From: Nanobdellota archaeon
Lineage (GTDB): Archaea; Nanobdellota; Nanobdellia; PEZQ01
Length of the DNA: 64,000 bases
Assembly (NCBI GenBank): GCA_018220985.1
Contig: JAAOXS010000003.1
Span: 8,367-72,366, forward strand
Reading direction: 5' to 3'
Of the stretch, positions 28,516 to 37,278 are shown piece by piece. The notes beneath the pieces are model-generated. The model was not told the DNA's origin, did not search any database, and saw only the letters and a program-made list of their open reading frames with translations. Each line of letters starts with the position of its first letter. Within the stretch, counting starts at the first letter, position 1. The translations under genes were made by a program, and so were the position numbers.

Positions 28516-29330
28516 TTGTCTAACCTCGTTATGTTTTGAACTCTTTTGTGCAGTGATGGGTGCGTTGAGAAGAGTTCTGTTATGTTATTTGCCGCGAATG
28601 GGTTAGTTATGTACATGTGGCTTGCACCTTCCATTCCTTTTCTTAGTCTTGGTCCTTGGCTGATTGTTTCAAGAGCGCTTATCATAGATTTGGGCGTTGA
28701 TAGTTTTGCTCCTCCTTCGTCAGCTGAGAATTCTCTTGAGCGTGATATTGCTAAACGAATGATTATTGCTATTATTGGCGTGAATATTAGCATTATTATC
28801 CATGCAATTGTTTTGCTTGTTGAGTTGTTATTATTTCTTCCTGTACCCGTGTAAAACGCGATTCTTGTAAGCAGTGTTATTGTTCCTGCTATTGTTGCTG
28901 ATAGCGTGCTTATTAGCGTGTCATAATTTTTTATGTGTGTTAGTTCGTGTCCTATTACTGCTTTAAGTTCATCATCATTTAGCGTGTTTATTATTAGTGG
29001 TGTTAGCGCGATTGCCGCGTGTTTTGGGTTTCTTCCCGTTGCAAACGCGTTTAGCGTGTTTTGATGTATTATGTATACTTTTGGTTTTGGTATTCCTGCT
29101 TTTTTCGCGATTTCTGAGACCATGTTGTTTATTTTCGTGTTGTGGTTTTGTTTTGCCCCGTGCATTTTTAGTATTATTTTGTCTGAGTAGTAGTACATTC
29201 CAAAGTTAAGTATTCCTGCAAAAATGAATGCTATGATTAATCCTTGCATTCCGCCAAGTAGTTCTCCTATTAGTAGTAGTAGTATTGTTAGTCCTGTTAG
29301 GTATAGTGTTGTTTTTACTGTGTTGTTCAT
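28512..29330 (-). CDS. htpX: HtpX-type M48 zinc metalloprotease.
   Basis: N-terminal TM helices, HELTH zinc motif, 272 aa. Confidence 0.8.
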   Translation of the reverse strand: MNNTVKTTLYLTGLTILLLLIGELLGGMQGLIIAFIFAGILNFGMYYYSDKIILKMHGAKQNHNTKINNMVSEIAKKAGIPKPKVYIIHQNTLNAFATGRNPKHAAIALTPLIINTLNDDELKAVIGHELTHIKNYDTLISTLSATIAGTITLLTRIAFYTGTGRNNNNSTSKTIAWIIMLIFTPIIAIIIRLAISRSREFSADEGGAKLSTPKSMISALETISQGPRLRKGMEGASHMYITNPFAANNITELFSTHPSLHKRVQNITRLDK

Positions 29331-29383
29331 ATTGTTTTTGTAATAGTAATTGATTTATATTCTTTCTGAATTGTTTGTTCTTT

Positions 29384-29548
29384 ATGAAAAAGGTTTTGAA
29401 GGTGTGCGCATTTTGCAATAAGAGTTTTGATTTGAAGTCTAATAAGCATAGGATTGCTCTTGAGTTTAGGGATAAGTCAAGTAATTTGAAGAAGGAGTAT
29501 TTTTGTTGTAAAGCGTGTTTTAGTGATTATGTTAAAAAAAATGTATAA
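29384..29548 (+). CDS. Small zinc-ribbon protein (54 aa). Below the ORF-track size threshold.
   Basis: MKKVLKVCAFCNKSF...EYFCCKACFSDYVKKNV has a CxxC plus CCxxC arrangement. Intact ATG to TAA. Confidence 0.35.
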   Translation: MKKVLKVCAFCNKSFDLKSNKHRIALEFRDKSSNLKKEYFCCKACFSDYVKKNV

Positions 29549-29705
29549 GTTTTTATTCGTCTTTTGTTAGTTATTTTAGTTATGGCTTTTTTTTCAAATA
29601 ATAAAAAAGTAATTCGAAAAGAATTACTGAAAAGGGCTAAAAAAAGTGTTGATAATATTTTTATAAGGAAAATGTGTTTTAATAGTTTAATAGGGTTAAT
29701 GAATT

Positions 29706-30479
29706 ATGGGTAATGGGAGTCTTGAAGAGTATTATAAGTTTATTAAAAGTGCAGAGGATTCTTTAGAAAAGAGTAAGGGCGTTACTAAAGAGAATGTTGT
29801 TAACTTAGAAGATACAAAATTAAGTATTAATTATGATGAGTTAAAAAATGGTGAAGAAGCGATTAGTAGAGTTGTTACATTAAATTTTGATGATAAATCA
29901 AAAATTATTAATAAAAAACAACTAATCACTGCAATTAATTTGATTGTTCTTATTTTAAATAAGTTTTCTAATAATGAAATTAGAACATTATCACGCGCGT
30001 ATGTTGATTCAAGGGGTATGGATCAAAAAAGGAAAGAAGAGTTTGATAGTATCCTTAAAAATCGTAAAAAAAATATTGAAGAGTTTGAAAATATTAAAAA
30101 CAAACATTTGAGATCTGTTAAAGAGTATCATGATTCTTTGCTTAAAGAGTTTAACGAGAAATATAAAACAATAATCAAAATTTATGAACGTGTGGGTGAT
30201 TTAGCGATTAATAATAAAATTAATGCCAATAAAGCAGTTAATATTATTACACATATTACTAGCAAAGATAGAAAAAACTTTGATGATTTAATTAAGATTT
30301 CTCAAGCTAATAATAAAAAAGACGTTGAAAATATCGTTAATTCTAAAAAAAAGAGTTTTGAAAATAAACATAATATGATTTCAACTTATCTTAAAATGTT
30401 TCGTGAAAAATTAAAAAAAATTTATGAAGTTGTTCAAAAAGGTTGTGAGAATGATTTAAGATTAATTACTAAAAATTAA
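29706..30479 (+). CDS. Hypothetical K/N-rich coiled-coil protein.
   Basis: 257 aa, low complexity, no motif recognised. Confidence 0.4.
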   Translation: MGNGSLEEYYKFIKSAEDSLEKSKGVTKENVVNLEDTKLSINYDELKNGEEAISRVVTLNFDDKSKIINKKQLITAINLIVLILNKFSNNEIRTLSRAYVDSRGMDQKRKEEFDSILKNRKKNIEEFENIKNKHLRSVKEYHDSLLKEFNEKYKTIIKIYERVGDLAINNKINANKAVNIITHITSKDRKNFDDLIKISQANNKKDVENIVNSKKKSFENKHNMISTYLKMFREKLKKIYEVVQKGCENDLRLITKN

Positions 30480-30924
30480 TTCGTTTTATGTTGTAATATC
30501 CACCTATATGAGCTGTTTTTTCGTGTTTGTTTGTTATTTGTTTTAGTATTTGTTTTGTTTTATATATTCTTGCTTGAAAAATTATTTCTTCAAATAAGCA
30601 GAATGGTTTGAAAATTAAGTGGTCTAACTTGTTTTTTGAAGGTTTGTTAAAGTATAGTTTTTTTGTTTTTCTAAAAATGCTTGTTCGCGTTTTGCTAAAG
30701 GGGTTTACGCAATAAAGGGGTATTTTCATTTTTTTCGCGTATTTTATTGCTTCAAATATTTCAAATGCTTTCCAAGGTTTTTCTTTGTTTATTTTGTTAT
30801 AATGTTTATAGTATTCTAAATCTGCTTCAACACTTATTGCATTTATTGAGTCTAAGTTTTCTAAAATGTTTGTAAGATTGTTCCAGCTTTCTTTTGAGTC
30901 ATGTTCGGTTCCTACAAGTATCAT
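30469..30924 (-). CDS. Mini TraB/GumN-family protein.
   Basis: N-terminus ILVGTEHDSKES...AISVEAD matches the TraB-family LVGTAHVS...VELD start. Only 151 aa. Confidence 0.4.
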   Translation of the reverse strand: MILVGTEHDSKESWNNLTNILENLDSINAISVEADLEYYKHYNKINKEKPWKAFEIFEAIKYAKKMKIPLYCVNPFSKTRTSIFRKTKKLYFNKPSKNKLDHLIFKPFCLFEEIIFQARIYKTKQILKQITNKHEKTAHIGGYYNIKRINF

Positions 30925-30934
30925 AATAAATAAT

Positions 30935-31747
30935 TTAGTCGTGCATGTCGCTTTCTTCTTTTAGTCCTTCGCGTTCCATGATTGTTTTTGTTATGTCTAT
31001 TTTGGTTATCATTTCTTTTTCGAGTTCTAAGTATGCTTTCCAAGTTCCAACATCATTCCACATCCCTTTATGCGTTGTTGATGTAATTAAGAGTCCTGAT
31101 TTTTGCATTAGTTCGAATGTTTCTGGTAAAAATTGTTCTCCTTTATTGTTGAATGGTGTTTGTTCTATGAATTTGAAGACTTCACTGCTTAGCACGTAGC
31201 ATCCTGTTTGAATTAAGTATTCTTCGTTTTTTTTGTATTCTTCTGCTTGTTCCCATGTTGGTTTTTCTATCATTTTTATTACTTTGCCTTCATCATCTAT
31301 TTTTGCGATTCCTAGTTGTGTCGGGTCTTTCACACCGTACAGTGTTAGTGTTACGTGTGATCTTGTACGGTCGTGCTGTTCTATCGCGTTTAGTAGTGAG
31401 CTTGATGGTTGGAAGAAATTATCTCCATTAACGACTACGAAGTCGTCGCCGTTCGTGAAGTTTTTTGCTTGGTGTATCGCGTTTGGGAGTCCTTTGCTTG
31501 CGCGTTGGAATGCGTATGTTATGTTCACGCCGAATGATGAGCCATCTCTTAAGTAGTCTTGGAGCGCGCCTTTTCTCCAGCCAGTTACTATTAGTATGTT
31601 GGTTATTCCAGCTACTTTCAGTAAGTCTATGCAGTATTCTATTACTGGTTTTCCCGCTATTGGTATTAGTTCTTTTGGGTACGCGTTGGTTATTGGTTTT
31701 AATCTTGATCCTCTACCTGCCGCGACAATGACTCCTTTTCGTATCAT
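30935..31747 (-). CDS. Sugar-1-phosphate nucleotidyltransferase.
   Basis: GVIVAAGRGSRLKPIT N-terminal G-x-G-x-R-L NTP-transferase signature. Confidence 0.8.
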   Translation of the reverse strand: MIRKGVIVAAGRGSRLKPITNAYPKELIPIAGKPVIEYCIDLLKVAGITNILIVTGWRKGALQDYLRDGSSFGVNITYAFQRASKGLPNAIHQAKNFTNGDDFVVVNGDNFFQPSSSLLNAIEQHDRTRSHVTLTLYGVKDPTQLGIAKIDDEGKVIKMIEKPTWEQAEEYKKNEEYLIQTGCYVLSSEVFKFIEQTPFNNKGEQFLPETFELMQKSGLLITSTTHKGMWNDVGTWKAYLELEKEMITKIDITKTIMEREGLKEESDMHD

Positions 31748-31794
31748 TTAGTATTACACGAGGTTTTATGTAGTAAAATAGTTTTATATGTTTT

Positions 31795-32598
31795 ATGGAT
31801 GTTAAGCATGTTCGGAGTGTAAAAGATTTGCTTCCTGCTGGTGTTGATTCGCGCAGTCATGATGTGGTTGGGAGTGTTTGCGTTCTTAATTTTAAGGGTT
31901 TTAGTGTTAGGGAGTTACGTGTTATTGGTGAGGCTTTTTTAAGGTTTTATCCTAAGGTTCGTACAGTTGTTAATGTTGTTTCTGATACGCGTGGTGAGTT
32001 TAGGATTAGGAATGTTAAGTGGTTAGCAGGTAAGCGTGATTTTAGTACAGTTCATACTGAGAATGGTTTTCGTTTTAATGTGAAGTTAGATGATGTTTTT
32101 TTTAGTGGTAGGTTGCAGAATGAGCGTTTAAGAGTGTTAAACAAGGTGAAGCAAGGTGAAGTAGTGGTTGATTTGTTTGCGGGTGTTGGCCCATTTATTA
32201 TTCCTATTGCTAAACGTGATGTTGAGTGTTGGGGTGTTGAAAAGAATCCTGTTGCTTTCAAATTATTGGAGGAAAATTGTAAGTTAAACAAGGTTCATGT
32301 GAATTGTGTTAAAGGTGATGCGAACAAGGTTGAGTTGCCGTGTGCTGATCGTTTTGTTATGAATTTGCCGGGTAAGAGTGTTGGTTTTTTGCCTCGCGTG
32401 TTTGAATTGGCGAATCCTGGTGCTGTAGTGCATTTTTATCGTTTCGCTCATGAGCGGGATGGTTTTGATGTTTTGAAGAAAGAGGTTAAGGATGCAAGTA
32501 AGGTTGCGGGTCGTAGGGTTAGATTTTTGAATTTCGTAAAAACAGGGAACACTGGTCCTGGGTGGTATAGAATTTGCGCTGATTTTAAAGTTTATTAA
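31795..32598 (+). CDS. trm5: tRNA (m1G37) methyltransferase Trm5/Taw22-like (Met-10+ family).
   Basis: VVDLFAGVGPF SAM motif I and a NLPG catalytic motif. 267 aa. Confidence 0.75.
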   Translation: MDVKHVRSVKDLLPAGVDSRSHDVVGSVCVLNFKGFSVRELRVIGEAFLRFYPKVRTVVNVVSDTRGEFRIRNVKWLAGKRDFSTVHTENGFRFNVKLDDVFFSGRLQNERLRVLNKVKQGEVVVDLFAGVGPFIIPIAKRDVECWGVEKNPVAFKLLEENCKLNKVHVNCVKGDANKVELPCADRFVMNLPGKSVGFLPRVFELANPGAVVHFYRFAHERDGFDVLKKEVKDASKVAGRRVRFLNFVKTGNTGPGWYRICADFKVY

Positions 32599-33176
32599 TT
32601 ATATAAATAAGAATGTCTATTTTTCTTTTCTTTTTCTATTATTTTATTATTTAATTTTTTAATTTTTTCAAATAATTGTGTCAACAATTTTTCAAAATCT
32701 TCCAATGATGGTGATTCTGAAATGGAATGTATTTCTTTTAATTTTTTGTAAAGCTCCAAATTTTTTGAATAATTTTTTTCAATATTTTGCAAATTATTTT
32801 GTGCAAGTTCTTGATCAAATCTTTTCTGTAGCGTTTTTATGTGTTTTGATCGCATTTCTATAATTTTTTTTAGATTAACATCTAATTTTTCAAGTATTTG
32901 ATTAAGGTGTTTTAAATCAATGCCTTTAGATTTTAATTTAGGATAATTATCTATAATTTTATTATAGTAACTGATTTCATCATTTTTAAGAAAACGCGCG
33001 TTTGAATTTGTTAAATAATCTTCAATTATTTTGTCATTAAAATATACTAAATATTTAACGTAATCATTTATTTCAAAATTTTCTTCATTTGATGTTTGCG
33101 CAGGTGTTTGTTCACTATTAGTATTAAAACTATTATTGTAGGCTTTTATTGCGTCTTTAATACCGATTACAGACAT
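32595..33176 (-). CDS. Hypothetical coiled-coil protein.
   Basis: 193 aa, K/N/E-rich. The upstream 527-aa ORF ends 3 nt before its start. Confidence 0.4.
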   Translation of the reverse strand: MSVIGIKDAIKAYNNSFNTNSEQTPAQTSNEENFEINDYVKYLVYFNDKIIEDYLTNSNARFLKNDEISYYNKIIDNYPKLKSKGIDLKHLNQILEKLDVNLKKIIEMRSKHIKTLQKRFDQELAQNNLQNIEKNYSKNLELYKKLKEIHSISESPSLEDFEKLLTQLFEKIKKLNNKIIEKEKKNRHSYLYN

Positions 33177-33178
33177 TA

Positions 33179-34762
33179 TTATTCACTCCTCAACCCCTTT
33201 AATAAATCTTCTAATTCATTATTTGGTATTCCACCATCAGTATTTTTTATTTTTTCTAAAATTTTCATAATTTTTTTAGCTTCATCTTCTTCTAATTGTG
33301 TAAAATCTATCTTATCAATTGATATATTTTTTTCACCGAATGAAATTTTTATAGTTTCAATATTTTTACCTTGAGTTGCCGAATTGTTTGTATTTTCTCT
33401 TAACTTATTTATTTCACTACCAATTCTCTTTCCACCACCAAGTAAAACATTTTTAGGCAAGTTATATAAAACTAATTTCGGCATTTTCCTTAAACCTATT
33501 AGAACACCACGCACAGTTCGAATTTCTAAATTTGCTGTTTCTTGAACTCTATCAGTTTTTTTAATTTGTTTTTTAAAACCTTTAATTTTAATTTGTAGTG
33601 GTATATACTTGTATTTCTTACTATTAATCTTATTTAAATTATCAAATATTTTAATTATTGGAACAGTTATTTTAGTAATTGTTTGAACTAATTGAAAGAA
33701 AATATTTTCAATTCCAACAAAATGGTTTAAGTACATATCAACTTGATTACTGCAAGATGAGTAATATTTACAATACCGGTTATACGCGGAAAACGGATCC
33801 CATGAGCTAATAGAATTAAGGAATTTCCTTTTTTCAGTAAAATCTTGAAACATTTTACTTACAAAGTTTTCTTCCTCTGAAAAAAGAACGTTTAACGCAC
33901 GTATTTCTGAATAAATATTTGACATTCCACTTTGAGCAAGATTTCCAGCTTCAGTAACAATTGCAGTTAAATTATGTAACGCATCGATAACTTCTTGTTT
34001 TTCAGTATTATCTTTATTAGATTTTTCCCTATTAACTTTTTCTTGTTTTGATTCAATGGCATCTAAAATATTTTTAAAAACGTCATCAATTGTAAGTTTT
34101 TTTGAAATCAAAAATTCCATTCTTTCATCATTACGTACTTGATGCAGTATGTTATTTAGTTCATGCAAATCCTCAAGTTGCTCTTTTGTAAATTGTTGTG
34201 CACGGTTAAGAATAAAAATTACTTGTTCACGAAAGGGGTTACTATTTTGATTAACTTCTTGAGTTTGTTGTTGATTTATTAGTTCAGATAATTTTTGAGT
34301 AATACTTTGCTCGTCTATTAAACTACCTTTCAGTCCTTCCAATAATTCAGTAATTCTATAAACATGATTCTCTTCTATTGCTTCCAATGAACTTATTAAA
34401 TCCAACAAATCTTCAAGTGGTTTATTAATATCTTCAAATTTAACGTTTTTCGCGTGTTTAATAACATCTTTAAATTTTGATTTTAGTTTCTTAGTATGAT
34501 TTTTCTTAAGACCTAATTTCTTAACATCTTTTTTAATACGTTTTCCAATACTTTTCATTCCTTTGTTTCGACGGTTACGAATCCTAAAACGATTAGTTTG
34601 TCTTTCTTTCCACATATTAAAAGCAACCAATGGATTTAACGTGGGTTTGGTGCGCATCGCAACATCAATTTTTCTCCCAAGTTTTTGAGAAGCTTTCCAA
34701 GTAACAACACCACCCCCAACTAAAACAGGTATTAGTAAAAGAACTAGTTCTATTGCCACCAT
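33179..34762 (-). CDS. Hypothetical membrane-anchored coiled-coil protein.
   Basis: N-terminal TM (VAIELVLLLIPVLVGGGVV), then a highly basic segment, then long predicted coiled coils. 527 aa. Confidence 0.45.
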   Translation of the reverse strand: MVAIELVLLLIPVLVGGGVVTWKASQKLGRKIDVAMRTKPTLNPLVAFNMWKERQTNRFRIRNRRNKGMKSIGKRIKKDVKKLGLKKNHTKKLKSKFKDVIKHAKNVKFEDINKPLEDLLDLISSLEAIEENHVYRITELLEGLKGSLIDEQSITQKLSELINQQQTQEVNQNSNPFREQVIFILNRAQQFTKEQLEDLHELNNILHQVRNDERMEFLISKKLTIDDVFKNILDAIESKQEKVNREKSNKDNTEKQEVIDALHNLTAIVTEAGNLAQSGMSNIYSEIRALNVLFSEEENFVSKMFQDFTEKRKFLNSISSWDPFSAYNRYCKYYSSCSNQVDMYLNHFVGIENIFFQLVQTITKITVPIIKIFDNLNKINSKKYKYIPLQIKIKGFKKQIKKTDRVQETANLEIRTVRGVLIGLRKMPKLVLYNLPKNVLLGGGKRIGSEINKLRENTNNSATQGKNIETIKISFGEKNISIDKIDFTQLEEDEAKKIMKILEKIKNTDGGIPNNELEDLLKGLRSE

Positions 34763-34826
34763 AATTATTAAATCGTATTTCCTTTAATAAAAGGGTTTTT
34801 ATTAATTCCGCAATTAATACAAAACT

Positions 34827-35531
34827 ATGTTTTACTTAGTTGGACTGGGTTTGTGCGGTGAACAGGATTTAACACTAAAATCAGTTGAAGCATTAAAAAA
34901 GTGCAGTGAAATTTTTTTAGAAAATTATACCAGCCTAGCACCCGAATTAAACATCAAAAAATTGGAAAAAATAGTTGGGAAAACAGTTAAAAAAATTGGA
35001 CGTGAAAATGTTGAAGTCGGTGAATTAATCACTCTAGCAAAAACCAAGAAAATCGGGTTGATAGTGATTGGCGACCCTTTAGTCGCGACAACTCACGCTG
35101 AACTAATACTTGAGTGTAAAGAAAAAAATGTTGATTTTGAAGTATTTCATAATTCGAGCATTTTAACTGCTGTGTGCGAAACTGGTTTGCAAGCTTACAA
35201 GTTCGGTAAAACATTAAGCATTCCGTTTCATGAAGCTGACAGTTTTCTGAAAACGTTAAGTGATAATCAAAAAATTGGGGCTCACACATTATGCTTGTTA
35301 GATTTGGATTTGGAGAAGAACGAGTTTTTAAGTGTAAAACAAGCGTTAAACAAACTAAAAGGTACGAAAAAAGCAGTTGTGATTTCGCTAGCAGGTTGTA
35401 AAAATCAAGTGATTAAATTCGGTGACGTGAATAAATTGAAAGGTTTGGTTTTTAAACCGCCTTGTTCAATTATTGTTCCTGGAAAACTTCATTTCAAAGA
35501 GGAAGAGTTTTTGGAGGGTTTTAATGTTTGA
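34827..35531 (+). CDS. dph5: Diphthine synthase.
   Basis: MFYLVGLGL N-terminus typical of tetrapyrrole-methylase-fold DphB. 234 aa. Confidence 0.85.
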   Translation: MFYLVGLGLCGEQDLTLKSVEALKKCSEIFLENYTSLAPELNIKKLEKIVGKTVKKIGRENVEVGELITLAKTKKIGLIVIGDPLVATTHAELILECKEKNVDFEVFHNSSILTAVCETGLQAYKFGKTLSIPFHEADSFLKTLSDNQKIGAHTLCLLDLDLEKNEFLSVKQALNKLKGTKKAVVISLAGCKNQVIKFGDVNKLKGLVFKPPCSIIVPGKLHFKEEEFLEGFNV

Positions 35532-36372
35532 AGTGTTGCTTGCAATATGTTTTGTTGCTTTAGTTTTAGCAAGCGTTCATGATTTGAAAACAAGAGAGGT
35601 TCCGGATTATTTGTCTTACACGTTCATCTGTGTGGGAATCCTAATTCAAATATATTACGTTTTGAAAAGTTTTGATTTGAATTATGGCTTGTACGTTTTA
35701 CTAAACTTTGTTGGGGCGTCAAGTTTTGGAATGCTTATGTATCGTGCAAAACAGTGGGGTGGCGCTGACACTAAGCTTACAATAGCATTATCACTTTTTT
35801 TGATGAAGCCAAGTAATATTTGGCTGTTCAGTAATTATTTCTTAAATTTCTTATTAGTTGGCGCGTTTTATGGTGTTTCTGGAAGTTTATTTCTCATAAT
35901 CAAAAAAAGGAAAAAGTTTTTTGAAGTAAGTAAAAAAGAGTTCGGAACAAGTAAGTATTATTATTTCGCGAGTTTAACAATCTTAAGCATTGGTATCATT
36001 TTCTTGTTTTTACAAAATTTTTTAAGCGGTTTTTTCATTATAGTTGGAATTTTAGGGTTGCTGTCCATTTTTTTGAAGAACGCTGATAAGTTAATGATTA
36101 AAAGCATTAGTATCAATAAATTAACTGAAGGTGATTGGGTTATTGATAAAATCGTCATTAATGATAAGGTTTTGTTTGACCCTAAAAAAGAAGTTGATGT
36201 TAAATTAAAGCAAATAACTAAAATGAAAAGTGAAGGTGTTAGAACTGTTAAAATAATTGAAGGAATGCCCTTCGTACCCGCGTTTCTTATCGCGTTCGTG
36301 ATTACAATGTTCAAGTCTGATTTTTTCTTAAGCGTTATTACGGGTTTAGTTTTTCCGGCATTTCTTTTTTAA
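35524..36372 (+). CDS. A24-family prepilin/preflagellin peptidase-like membrane protein with a C-terminal extension.
   Basis: SVHDLKTREVPD has the catalytic Asp context. Multi-TM. The ATG overlaps the dph5 stop (ATGTTTGA). Confidence 0.55.
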   Translation: MFEVLLAICFVALVLASVHDLKTREVPDYLSYTFICVGILIQIYYVLKSFDLNYGLYVLLNFVGASSFGMLMYRAKQWGGADTKLTIALSLFLMKPSNIWLFSNYFLNFLLVGAFYGVSGSLFLIIKKRKKFFEVSKKEFGTSKYYYFASLTILSIGIIFLFLQNFLSGFFIIVGILGLLSIFLKNADKLMIKSISINKLTEGDWVIDKIVINDKVLFDPKKEVDVKLKQITKMKSEGVRTVKIIEGMPFVPAFLIAFVITMFKSDFFLSVITGLVFPAFLF

Positions 36373-36841
36373 TTACTTTAATAATTTCATTCTGGTGTTT
36401 GAGGAATTGTTTTTTAGCTTCTTCTTTTTGCTGTTCAAGTTTTATTGTTATCGCATTAGCAAGGTTTTCATTATTTTTTTCATCTACTTTTTTTGGTTTC
36501 CAGCCCATGAAAACTTCCTCATCGCCTTTTAAGGGTATTAAATGAATTGAAACATGTTTTGACTGCTGATTTTTTACTTGACCTACATTCATTAAAACGT
36601 TATATCCTGCAGGGTTAAGTTGTTCGGATAGAGTGATGCCTAAAAATCGAACTATGCTCCACAAATTAAGAAATTCTTGCGCTGGTATTAATTTCATGTC
36701 TTCATAGTGTTTTTTTGTTGTTATAACAATGTGTCCCTGACTTGCAGGGTTCAGTTCGAAAAAAGCAATGCAAGTGGGGTCTTCATAAATTTTTGAGGTG
36801 GGTATTTCCCCACTGCTTATTTTACAGAATATGCAATCCAT
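36338..36841 (-). CDS. HIT-family nucleotide hydrolase.
   Basis: HVSIHLIP histidine triad and CIFCKI. 167 aa. Confidence 0.75.
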   Translation of the reverse strand: MDCIFCKISSGEIPTSKIYEDPTCIAFFELNPASQGHIVITTKKHYEDMKLIPAQEFLNLWSIVRFLGITLSEQLNPAGYNVLMNVGQVKNQQSKHVSIHLIPLKGDEEVFMGWKPKKVDEKNNENLANAITIKLEQQKEEAKKQFLKHQNEIIKVIKKEMPEKLNP

Positions 36842-36879
36842 AAGAAAAGTTAAAAAGGGTTTGTTTTTTAAATTTTGTT

Positions 36880-37278
36880 ATGAACTTGAATAGTATTAAC
36901 AAAAACGTGGTGGGTGAGCAGTTGAAAACGATTAGTCAGGCTAGTGCGAGTAAAGCTTTAGAGGATGTTGCTGGAAAGCATTATAAGATGGGTAATGGTT
37001 TTTTAGTTGAAAAAAATTATGCTTTAAGTTATTATTCTTATTTTATGAGTTTGAAGGAATACGCTAAAATAATTGTTAGTAAAAAAATTAAGGTTAGTGT
37101 TAGTTATGATGAGGCTTTGGAATATTTGTCAAAGAATAAGCAATTCGGTTTGAATAAAACTGTTTTAAGTCAAGTCAGTGAAATCGCGCTTAGCGTGTTG
37201 AATAGGAAGAAGCTCGAAAGAAAGGATTGTGTTTTCATTAAAGAGTTTATTATGAAAATGAGGAAACAATTTTCTTAA
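36880..37278 (+). CDS. Hypothetical protein.
   Basis: 132 aa, no motif recognised. Confidence 0.3.
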   Translation: MNLNSINKNVVGEQLKTISQASASKALEDVAGKHYKMGNGFLVEKNYALSYYSYFMSLKEYAKIIVSKKIKVSVSYDEALEYLSKNKQFGLNKTVLSQVSEIALSVLNRKKLERKDCVFIKEFIMKMRKQFS

